A stretch of 64,000 nucleotides of DNA. It comes from an uncultured Poribacteria bacterium (GTDB taxonomy: Bacteria > Poribacteria > WGA-4E > WGA-3G). Location of the stretch: assembly GCA_958296135.2 (NCBI GenBank), contig CATQHZ020000001.1:3168001-3232000 (forward strand), written 5' to 3'. The position numbers were made by a program, and so were the translations under genes. The notes under the pieces were generated by a model that did no database searches, had not been told where the DNA came from, and saw only the letters and a program-made list of their open reading frames with translations. Every line of letters begins with the position of its first letter. The stretch's first letter is position 1. Of the stretch, positions 56,098 through 64,000 are shown piece by piece.

Positions 56098-57339
56098 TCA
56101 ATTCCTCAATAAATTTAAGACGAACCCTGTCGCCATTTTTGGGTAAAAATAGGTGGACTTCTGTGGCATCGTCTTTCCCGCCATCGCCACGTCCAAGACT
56201 TCCGAGACAGGTGTCGGATTCATTAACAGCGCGACGCGGCCGGTGCCGTTTTTGACGTATGCGACAGCCTCCGTTGCGTCCGCTGTGTAACTGAGATGTT
56301 CCGGCGTTGTCTCAATGCGGAACAGCCCATCGATGATGAGGTGCTGAAGTAGCGTCACATCCAGCTCTGTGGTTGCTGCATCCACCCTTGGAAGTAACAA
56401 ACGATAGGAATCGTCCGGTGTATACAGTCCAAAGGCGTTTTTTTTCCCTCGCCGTGCGGTAAGGTGTTCCATGAGCGATGCGAGACTATCTGTTTTGTGA
56501 ACATCAAACGCTTCGGGGAGTTTCGCGACGATGTGCGCGATTTTGTTTGGGTTAAGCCCTTGGATGAGACGATGAATGGCGAGCACTGCTAAGCCGGGTG
56601 ACTCCATTCGCACCAAATTCATCATCATGTAGTTGTAGCCTGCGCGGGCGTGCATCTCGTCGCGGAAAGCGAGGGCCGTCTCGTAGCGGTGATGTCCATC
56701 CGCGATGAGGAGCGGTTTGTCGGTGAAAAGTTCTTGGATTTCGCGCGTTTGGCTATCCATGCGCCACAATTGGTGGGTGCTACCGAACGCTGCGCCTACG
56801 CTGACAAGTGGTTCGGTAACCTTGGTGAAAGTGTCAGTTATTTCCTCAATATCCCCCGCTGTATCGGAGTAGAGCACGAAGATGGGGCTGAGATTCGCGT
56901 GGCATGCGCGCATCAGATTGAGCCGGTCTGCCTTCGGGCCCGCGTGCGTTTTTTCGTGCGGGAAAATGACGCGGTTCTCAAAAGGTTCTAGTTTCACCTT
57001 TGCGATAAGGGCGCGGCGCGTGTAGGTGATGCCATCCGGTGCCGTGAACGTCTGAGCATAGATGTAGTAACTCGGTGTTCTGTCGCGCACGAATGTCCCA
57101 TCGGATATCCACGTATCCATCAGTGCAGCGGCGCGCGTATACTGATTTTCGCTATCGGTATCGGTATCGCGCGGTTGGCTCAAAATTAAGCGGATGATGT
57201 TCGCCGGGTGGCGTGCTTCCAGTGCGACGCGTTCATCCGGTTTGATGACATCATACGGTGGTGCGATGACATCGGCAATGTCGCCTATCTTGTTGGGGTT
57301 GTAACGCAGTCCGCGAAACGGAGTAACTGTCGTCTCCAT
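56098..57339 (-). CDS. DUF1015 family protein
   Basis: PFRGLRY, APPYDVI, PHEKT, IADGHHRYETA, MPQKSTYFYPK. Confidence 0.92.
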   Translation of the reverse strand: METTVTPFRGLRYNPNKIGDIADVIAPPYDVIKPDERVALEARHPANIIRLILSQPRDTDTDSENQYTRAAALMDTWISDGTFVRDRTPSYYIYAQTFTAPDGITYTRRALIAKVKLEPFENRVIFPHEKTHAGPKADRLNLMRACHANLSPIFVLYSDTAGDIEEITDTFTKVTEPLVSVGAAFGSTHQLWRMDSQTREIQELFTDKPLLIADGHHRYETALAFRDEMHARAGYNYMMMNLVRMESPGLAVLAIHRLIQGLNPNKIAHIVAKLPEAFDVHKTDSLASLMEHLTARRGKKNAFGLYTPDDSYRLLLPRVDAATTELDVTLLQHLIIDGLFRIETTPEHLSYTADATEAVAYVKNGTGRVALLMNPTPVSEVLDVAMAGKTMPQKSTYFYPKMATGFVLNLLRN

Positions 57340-57438
57340 ATTTTTCGTAATCCTGTAAGGGAGAATTTCCATATCCTCCCGGTTTCTCTTGCGGCGGGCG
57401 GATATAGAAATCTGCCCTGACGACGTGTTCTGTATGGT

Positions 57439-58356
57439 TTAATCCCACAATCTCGTGCTAAAATAGCGTTCGCCCAGGTCATTGAAGACGGTGACGATAA
57501 CGCCTTCCTGAATCTGTTGCGCGACTTTGTATGCGCCGTAGAGGTAGCCGCCGGATGATTGTCCAACGAACCAGCCTCTTCGCGCGAGTCGGCTGCACAT
57601 CTCGTGTGCGTGCTCAATCGTTGCATGAATGCGGCAATCGATGATGCTCTCATCCAGAATTTCTGGCACAATGTCTTCTGAGTGCCCGAGCGGTTTTAAC
57701 CCCTCGATGCCGGGGAACGCCTCCGGCGAAATGGAGCATACCTGAATGTCAGGGTTATAGGTTTTGAGCCGTCTGCCGACACCGGTAATCGTGCCGCCCG
57801 TGCCGACACCGGCGACGAAATGGGTGACGTTTCCACCTGTCTGTTCCCAGATTTCCACACCGGTGGTTTCATAATGCGCGCGCCAGTTGTTCTCGTTTTC
57901 GTATTGCGATTTAAAAAAATACCTATCCGGTGCCGCTTCATAACGCCGCTCCACCTCGCGCAGGGCTTCGTCGTATCCGAGGATGGCATCGGTGTAGATA
58001 ACCCGCGCGCCGTGAGCGTGGATGCGCTTTTTGCGTTCGTCACTAGCGTTCTCTGGAATGACGAGCTCCACTTGGTAGCCGAGTGCCGCGCCAATCATTG
58101 CGTAAGCGATACCGGCGTTGCCGGAACTGGAATCCAAAATCACTTTGTCGCGCGTGAGTTCCCCCGATGCGATTGCCGCGGTGAGCATACGCGAGACTGG
58201 CCGGTCTTTGATAGAACCGCCGGGGTTATAGGTTTCTACCTTTGCGTAGATGTCAACGTTCGGCAGCTCGTCCTCAAATAGGGCTATCTTGGCGAGCGGT
58301 GTCTGTCCAATCAGTTGAAGCAGTGGAGAGTCTGCTGGGATAGTTCGGTTGCTCAT
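57439..58356 (-). CDS. PLP-dependent cysteine synthase family protein
   Basis: IGQTPL, NPGGSIKDR, SSGNAG, GVGTGGT, ERYFST. Confidence 0.92.
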   Translation of the reverse strand: MSNRTIPADSPLLQLIGQTPLAKIALFEDELPNVDIYAKVETYNPGGSIKDRPVSRMLTAAIASGELTRDKVILDSSSGNAGIAYAMIGAALGYQVELVIPENASDERKKRIHAHGARVIYTDAILGYDEALREVERRYEAAPDRYFFKSQYENENNWRAHYETTGVEIWEQTGGNVTHFVAGVGTGGTITGVGRRLKTYNPDIQVCSISPEAFPGIEGLKPLGHSEDIVPEILDESIIDCRIHATIEHAHEMCSRLARRGWFVGQSSGGYLYGAYKVAQQIQEGVIVTVFNDLGERYFSTRLWD

Positions 58357-58443
58357 ATCGTGTTATTTGTCCTATGATTTCTGTAAAGCGGTTTCCGTTA
58401 GGGGCGAACGCGGCCGCCCCTGCGGGCGAAATTTGCGCTCATA

Positions 58444-58641
58444 TCACCCGATTTGATCTTCCACGCCGGGAACTTTTAATAAGTTCCTTGATTTTCGCCA
58501 ATTCTCGCTCAACGCCATCAAGTTTTTGAATTTTCGCATGAAATAAACAGTCAGCGTGACAATTAGTCCTGCTAGTCCTGCGGTTGCGATAACACAGAAG
58601 ACCAGGGTGCCGATTGCATTTGCGAGTTCCAAACTTGTCAT
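58444..58641 (-). CDS. Small membrane protein, hypothetical
   Basis: RBS AAGGAG and one hydrophobic helix; the 3' part may be frameshifted. Confidence 0.5.
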   Translation of the reverse strand: MTSLELANAIGTLVFCVIATAGLAGLIVTLTVYFMRKFKNLMALSENWRKSRNLLKVPGVEDQIG

Positions 58642-58656
58642 TATTGTTCTCCTTTT

Positions 58657-59289
58657 TCAATGAAGCGTTGTGGAACTGAGGACACACGCTGGCCTATTAC
58701 GAAGGAGCCGCTCCATGTAAGCCTGCGCTGCGTCGCCCGTTAATTCGCCGCTCAGAATAGGTGTTACCTCGAATTCTGCCAACCGCACTGTTGGCTTGAG
58801 TCCGTGCATCGGCGGAAGCCAGTCCCGGAACGTATCAAAAAAAGCCCGCTGCGCCGCGCGCCCGTTTTGATAAGGAAAATCCGCTGTTGCGCGTCGGAAC
58901 CGCGCTGGCCCTTTTGCCAATGCCGCCGTGTGATACTGTCGGCAAAACTGCCGGTATGCCTCCGGTTCATACGCCAGTGGCACATCCGCTGGATAAAACT
59001 GCAATGTCCGTTCCCGATAGCGCGTGAAGTGTTGCACCTCGTCGAACTCAAAGATGAAGTGGTAAGGCTCTGGAAAATAGGCATCGGGAGTCAGGTACCC
59101 GTCAGCTTTCGTCGTTGTGCCTTCCCAATCTCCTTGCAGTTCGGCGTAAAGTGCCATGATGTCGGTGTAGGTGTCGCCAAAGTGTTCGGGGTGCGGTTTG
59201 TTGCGGAGCCATTCAAACTGGGCGCGTTTCTCAGCAGGTACTCCCAGGACTTCTTCTAGGATTGCGATGATACCGATTTCTAGGCGCAT
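58657..59289 (-). CDS. Hypothetical protein, possible PD-(D/E)xK/Vsr-like nuclease fold
   Basis: LTPDAYF...IFEFDEVQHF...QRAFFDTFRD. Confidence 0.65.
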   Translation of the reverse strand: MRLEIGIIAILEEVLGVPAEKRAQFEWLRNKPHPEHFGDTYTDIMALYAELQGDWEGTTTKADGYLTPDAYFPEPYHFIFEFDEVQHFTRYRERTLQFYPADVPLAYEPEAYRQFCRQYHTAALAKGPARFRRATADFPYQNGRAAQRAFFDTFRDWLPPMHGLKPTVRLAEFEVTPILSGELTGDAAQAYMERLLRNRPACVLSSTTLH

Positions 59290-59368
59290 TTTTTTATTTC
59301 TGGAGATGCCCGCGCGGATGAAGACGAAAAATACCCACGTTAATTAAAGCGGGCCTCCCCGATACGCG

Positions 59369-60175
59369 CTACACAGGCGCGATGTCCAGATTTTTCAGCG
59401 AATCCTCCGCGGTTGAACCGATTAAACTGGCGAGGTAATCCCGGTCGCGTTGCAACGCCTCCAATTTGTCGTTGCCGTGGACGAATTCTACCTCGAGGTA
59501 GCCGTCATATCCGGCACTGCTGAGGATTTCAACGATGCGCGCGTAATCAACGATTCCCTCCGCGATGGGGCACGCTTTTCCCTGTTCGTCAAAATTTTGC
59601 GCGTGCACGTTGACAATATGCGCTGCGAGTTGTTGTGCGGCTGAGTGTGGTTCGTCGGCATCTGTCCGTGCAAGCGGCTGATAGTAGGTTTGGAGGGATG
59701 GCACGCTCACTCCTTCGACTACCTCCAAGATAGTCGCGATGCTATCGGTGAGGTTGTTGTTGTGCATCTCCAGCCCGAGTGTCATATTGCGGAAATTCGC
59801 CCACTGCGCCATGCTCACGAGTCGGAAGAGAATCAACCGTTTATCGGAAGGCGCGATGGATTTGGAGGGCCCACCGCCAGACCAGATTCTCACCAGGTCT
59901 GTGCCGAGTTCCTGCGCGATTTTGAACGCTTCTTCAAAATGTTTCTGGTAGAGCGGCATCATCGGGTTGACGTATGAGCCGAACGCGGAGATGGCCAGGC
60001 CTCTGCGGTGCGCTGTGTCTCTTATGTTTCTGATGTAAGCGACATCGACGTCCGCGGGGATGTGCGGCGGCTTACCCCAGATCTCGAGGCCGTGAAATCC
60101 GTAATCCGCGGCTATGTCTATTACCTCTTCCAGCGGTTTTTCTTGAAAAGCGATGGTGCATAAACCTAATTTCAT
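59369..60175 (-). CDS. Sugar phosphate isomerase/epimerase family TIM-barrel protein
   Basis: GFHGLEIW, LGLEMH, VNVHAQN, GYDGYLEVE. Confidence 0.88.
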   Translation of the reverse strand: MKLGLCTIAFQEKPLEEVIDIAADYGFHGLEIWGKPPHIPADVDVAYIRNIRDTAHRRGLAISAFGSYVNPMMPLYQKHFEEAFKIAQELGTDLVRIWSGGGPSKSIAPSDKRLILFRLVSMAQWANFRNMTLGLEMHNNNLTDSIATILEVVEGVSVPSLQTYYQPLARTDADEPHSAAQQLAAHIVNVHAQNFDEQGKACPIAEGIVDYARIVEILSSAGYDGYLEVEFVHGNDKLEALQRDRDYLASLIGSTAEDSLKNLDIAPV

Positions 60176-60266
60176 CCGATTCCCCCCACTTTTGTCTATT
60201 TATATCAATTAAGGATACCACAAAAACAAAAAAATTGCAAGGAAAGTTTTTATTTTTTGTTGATAC

Positions 60267-60295
60267 TTGACATTAATGCGCCGGTCTGCTATAAT
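60267..60295 (+). promoter_or_regulatory. Consensus sigma70 promoter upstream of modABC
   Basis: TTGACA-N17-TATAAT. Confidence 0.7.
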
Positions 60296-60331
60296 TTTCG
60301 TCAGATTAGCGTTTGCTTTCAGGAGAAAATC

Positions 60332-61096
60332 GTGTGCCAAAGCGTTACATTTGCAATCTTCGTCCTCTTGATGTTCATCGGGTTTTTCGGTTGCTCACAA
60401 CAGGCCGAGCTCACCGTTTTCGGTGCGATGAGTTTAACCGATGCGCTCACCGAAATCGGGGAGCAGTTTACCGAGGCGCATGATGTTAAAGTTTACTTCA
60501 GTTTCGCCGCGTCGTCAACGCTACAACGGCAACTTGAAAAAGGCGCGTCGGCGGATGTGTTTATCGCGGCGAGCCCGAAGCAAGTGGACGCGCTAGCGGC
60601 ACTGGATTTGGTAGTCACAGAGAGTCGCCGCGATGTGCTGGGCAATCGGTTGGTGCTCGTCGCGCATACCTCTACTCCGCTACAAGATGGACAAATATGG
60701 AAATCTGTCCTTACGAGTGAGGGTATCTCGCGAATTGCGATTGGCCAACCGGAAATCGTGCCTGCTGGCACCTACGCTAGAGCGGCGTTGACTACCTTAG
60801 GCGTGTGGGACGTGCTCCAACCCAAACTCATCTACGGTGTAGATGTCCGAGCGACTCTCGCCTATGTCACAGCGGGCAATGTCGATGTCGCGATTGTCTA
60901 TCAAACCGATGCAACGCTGGGCCGGGATGTCAAGGTGCTTTACCGATTCCCTACTGAAATGCATGCGCCGATTGTCTATCCTGCAGTCATCATGAAGGGG
61001 AGCCGGCAAAAGCAACACGCACAACAATTTATTGACTTTCTGAACTCCGCCCGCGCCAGCGAAATTTTTGAGAGGCACGGGTTTATGTGTCTGTAA
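60332..61096 (+). CDS. modA: Molybdate ABC transporter substrate-binding lipoprotein
   Basis: Lipobox FFGC, AMSLTDAL, FAASSTLQRQ, VPAGTYA, VYQTDA, PIVYP. Confidence 0.93.
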   Translation: MCQSVTFAIFVLLMFIGFFGCSQQAELTVFGAMSLTDALTEIGEQFTEAHDVKVYFSFAASSTLQRQLEKGASADVFIAASPKQVDALAALDLVVTESRRDVLGNRLVLVAHTSTPLQDGQIWKSVLTSEGISRIAIGQPEIVPAGTYARAALTTLGVWDVLQPKLIYGVDVRATLAYVTAGNVDVAIVYQTDATLGRDVKVLYRFPTEMHAPIVYPAVIMKGSRQKQHAQQFIDFLNSARASEIFERHGFMCL

Positions 61097-61196
61097 GCGT
61101 CAGGCGGATATGGACATCCGCCCTTACAATCTAAACCGGGTTTGCGCAAAACAGACCCGGGTGGCGCGCTTTGTAAGCGTGCCTACGGAATATTTG

Positions 61197-61865
61197 ATGA
61201 GGATAACCCCCGCAGAAATTACGGCCCTCACCTTGTCCATAAAAGTCGCGTTGCTGAGCCTCATTGTTATGTTTCCACCGGGGCTCTTAGTCGGATGGCT
61301 CCTTGCCAAGCGGACGTTCCCCGGCAGAGCACTCCTCAACACCTTCGTCATGTTACCGCTCGTGCTGCCGCCTGTGGTGAGCGGGTATGTGCTCTTAATA
61401 TTGCTAAGCAAACACGGGCCTATTGGGGGATTCCTCTTCCAAGTTTTTGGGATAGAGCTTGTTTTCTCGGAGTTCGCCGTTGTTGTCGCGCTGTCGGTTA
61501 TCTCCTTTCCGCTTCTCGTGCGCGGCATCATGACAGGCATATCAGCCGTGCCGCTTGAACTCGAAAACGTCGCCCGGACGCTTGGCGCATCGCCGATGAG
61601 AGTCTTTTTCACCGTGACGTTACCTCTAGCGGCGCGCGGCATTATCGGCGGTGTCATCCTCGGTTTCTCCAAAAGTCTCGGCGAGTTCGGCGCGACTATC
61701 ATGGTGGCGGGCAACATCCCTGGCAAAACCCAGACGATGGCATTGGCGATTTTCAACGCGGTGCAACTCGGACAGGATGCTTCTGTCTATCGGCTTGTAT
61801 TTATTTCGACTGTCGTTGCTTTTGTCGCGCTACGGTTATCGGAACGCTCACTCGCCAGGCTGTAA
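61197..61865 (+). CDS. modB: Molybdate ABC transporter permease
   Basis: LPLVLPPVVSG, ARTLGAS, SLGEFGATIMVAGNIPGKT. Confidence 0.95.
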   Translation: MRITPAEITALTLSIKVALLSLIVMFPPGLLVGWLLAKRTFPGRALLNTFVMLPLVLPPVVSGYVLLILLSKHGPIGGFLFQVFGIELVFSEFAVVVALSVISFPLLVRGIMTGISAVPLELENVARTLGASPMRVFFTVTLPLAARGIIGGVILGFSKSLGEFGATIMVAGNIPGKTQTMALAIFNAVQLGQDASVYRLVFISTVVAFVALRLSERSLARL

Positions 61866-61904
61866 CGGCGGATTTCTATTGCCGCCCATTCCAAAAGAGA
61901 AAAA

Positions 61905-63023
61905 ATGATCTGGCTCAATTTCCGCAAACGCCTCGGTAACTTCACGTTAAACCTTGACTGCACGCTAACCAAAAAGGTTACGGCGTTTCTAGGCGAATCC
62001 GGCAGCGGCAAAAGCACCCTTCTCAATTGCATCAGTGGTACCCTCTCCCCAGACGAAGGGGCAATTGCCTTCGGCGATGAAGTGTTGGACGATGCCAAAA
62101 CGCGCACCCACCTGCCGCCAGAGAAACGCGGATTCGGATGTGTGTTTCAAGAGGGATATCTGTTTCCACATCTGACTGTTGCGCAGAATATCCGTTATGG
62201 GCAGGGAGGCGCGCTTTGGAAGCGCACGGCGCGTTTGAAAACCGCGCCTACGGAGCTCAGTAAGGTAATTGACACGCTTGAAATTGGGACGTTGCTGAAA
62301 CGATACCCGAACCAACTCTCCGGGGGGCAACGTCAACGCGTCGCAATCGCACGTGCGCTCGCAATGGAACCGCGGTTGCTGCTCATGGATGAACCCCTTG
62401 CATCGCTGGACTACGGGTTAAAAAACCGCATTCTCCCCTACCTCCATCATGTGAAAGAGGCGTTTGACATGCCGATTCTCTACGTCACGCATGCTATCTC
62501 AGAGGCGATGGCGATTGCAGATGAGGCTTTTCTTCTTTCCGAGGGACAGATTACCGCGAGCGGCGAACCGCATCAACTGCTCACCGCGCCTTCCGCGCTC
62601 CCCATCGCACAATTGACAGGGGTAGAAAATATTTTATCTTTACCTGTCGCCTTTTCAGACAAAGTGAGTGGGATAACGGCGTTGCAAATCGGGAATCAGC
62701 GGATAATCATTCCATATGCCGAGGAAACGCGCCTCCAAAGCGCGCCTACGAAAATGAGTCAAGACATGCCAATTGCCATTCGCGCTGAAGACATTATCAT
62801 CTCGCTTGAGCCAAATCTCCCTATTAGCGCGCGCAACATTTTAAAGGGCACGATTCACGAGATAAACCGTGTTGGCGACAAAACCCTGTTGTCCATTCAC
62901 GTTGAGGGGCACCCGTTGTCGGTTAAAATTACGCACGATGCACGCGAACAACTTCAATTGCGCGAGGAAATGCACTGCTATTGCGTTATCAAGGCAAATG
63001 CGATTAATCTGCTCTGGCGTTGA
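61905..63023 (+). CDS. modC: Molybdate ABC transporter ATP-binding protein with TOBE domains
   Basis: GESGSGKST, LFPHLTV, LSGGQRQRVAIARAL, LLMDEP, ISARNIL. Confidence 0.95.
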   Translation: MIWLNFRKRLGNFTLNLDCTLTKKVTAFLGESGSGKSTLLNCISGTLSPDEGAIAFGDEVLDDAKTRTHLPPEKRGFGCVFQEGYLFPHLTVAQNIRYGQGGALWKRTARLKTAPTELSKVIDTLEIGTLLKRYPNQLSGGQRQRVAIARALAMEPRLLLMDEPLASLDYGLKNRILPYLHHVKEAFDMPILYVTHAISEAMAIADEAFLLSEGQITASGEPHQLLTAPSALPIAQLTGVENILSLPVAFSDKVSGITALQIGNQRIIIPYAEETRLQSAPTKMSQDMPIAIRAEDIIISLEPNLPISARNILKGTIHEINRVGDKTLLSIHVEGHPLSVKITHDAREQLQLREEMHCYCVIKANAINLLWR

Positions 63024-63036
63024 GCATCAAGACGCA

Positions 63037-63136
63037 TCGAGACCAGGAGGGCTCTCCTACAAGGGGAAATCGAGACCGGGAGGCCTCTCCTACCGGGTGG
63101 TATTAAGACGCATCGAGACCGGGAGGGCTCTCCTAC
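63037..63136. repeat. Three tandem REP-like units between convergent modC and coaE
   Basis: tcgagacc(a/g)ggagg(g/c)ctctcctac x3. Confidence 0.85.
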
Positions 63137-63771
63137 TGCGAGAGCTCTTCCCACAATTTATCTATCTGCGTGCGAAGTTCCGCTAGCGTTCCATCATTTT
63201 CTATGACGATGTCCGCGTAATTCACCTTCTCTGCCAGCGGCATTTGTGCATCAATTCGCGATTGCACTTCGCTTTCGGTGAGCAGCCTGCCTTGCGCGTG
63301 ACTGCGTTCCAGCGTTCGTCGCAACTGCGTTTCTGGCGAGGCTGTCACAACGACAATCAGATCGACTGTGTCATAGGCACCGGCTTCAATAAGAAGTGGC
63401 GCGTCAAGCAAGGCGATGGTACTCGGGTTTTCCGTGACAATTTGCCGCGCGCGGGCACGGGAACTTCTAATGATTAGCGGATGCAGAATGGCATTTAGCT
63501 GCTCGCGCGCGGCTTTATCGGAGAAGACAACCGCGCCCAGTTTTTCTCGGCTGACATCCCCGGATGCTTCAAGGATAGCCGCCCCGAACGCTTTGACGAG
63601 TTCGTCAATAACGGGACTGTCTGCTTTGAGCAGTTGATGCCCGATCTCGTCGGCATTAATCGGAATCGCGCCTTTTTCTGCGAGGATTTCAGAGACGGTA
63701 GTCTTCCCGCATGCGATGCCGCCTGTAATCCCGATGATGATGCCGCGGTTGGGGGGTGTTTGGGTGTTCAT
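63133..63771 (-). CDS. coaE: Dephospho-CoA kinase
   Basis: IGITGGIACGKTTV, LNAILHPLI, DAPLLIE, RIDAQM, ADIVIENDG. Confidence 0.95.
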   Translation of the reverse strand: MNTQTPPNRGIIIGITGGIACGKTTVSEILAEKGAIPINADEIGHQLLKADSPVIDELVKAFGAAILEASGDVSREKLGAVVFSDKAAREQLNAILHPLIIRSSRARARQIVTENPSTIALLDAPLLIEAGAYDTVDLIVVVTASPETQLRRTLERSHAQGRLLTESEVQSRIDAQMPLAEKVNYADIVIENDGTLAELRTQIDKLWEELSQ

Positions 63772-63848
63772 GCTGTTGAGTGTATCTGATAATTGGAAAG
63801 ATGTCAAGGGTTTTTCACGGGGGCTGTCCGCAAGTCCTGCCCCGGGTG

Positions 63849-63925
63849 CCGTAGGGCGAGGGCCTGTCCCTCGCGAGTGCTTGATGAACCGTGGCATGGC
63901 GGGGGACAGGCCCTCGCCCTACGGG
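63849..63925. repeat. GTAG-type REP doublet
   Basis: ccgtagggcgagggcctgtccctcgc...gcgggggacaggccctcgccctacgg, with long inverted arms. Confidence 0.85.
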
Positions 63926-64000
63926 CCCGAGGAAGGAAATTTCATCAGTTCATCATAATCTGCATTCACCAACTCAATTCCGTAAAACGCCAACCGCTCC

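Overview
A GC-rich bacterial window whose gene content points to Candidatus Poribacteria or a relative; this taxonomy is inferred, mainly from several secreted proteins ending in a V-x-P-x-x-K-L-x-x-T-W-G-x-x-K tail and from FGE-sulfatase, ASPIC/UnbV, Uma2 and DUF6785-like genes. Left to right: the 3' end of a triterpene-cyclase-like gene; four secreted TWG-tail proteins; a translationally coupled operon of three tandem MNT-HEPN fusion genes, a helicase-less Type ISP/IIG-like restriction-modification gene and an ASPIC/UnbV gene; a TPR protein; a 10-gene type II secretion cluster; a defence- and mobility-rich region (GmrSD, MTase-REase fusion, solo TnpB, Uma2, orphan MTase); and housekeeping genes (sat, nth, infA, cysteine synthase, modABC, coaE). 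The strongest novel signal is a 1,583-bp segment (37440-39026) bounded by 4-bp AGTC direct repeats. It carries a RuvC-like nuclease gene split in circularly permuted order, and joining the two ends restores a 225-aa in-frame ORF, which suggests an integrated DNA minicircle. GTAG-type REP-like palindromes are abundant, sit in frame inside at least seven genes and overlap several stop codons. All family assignments come from motif recognition by eye; no database searches were run.
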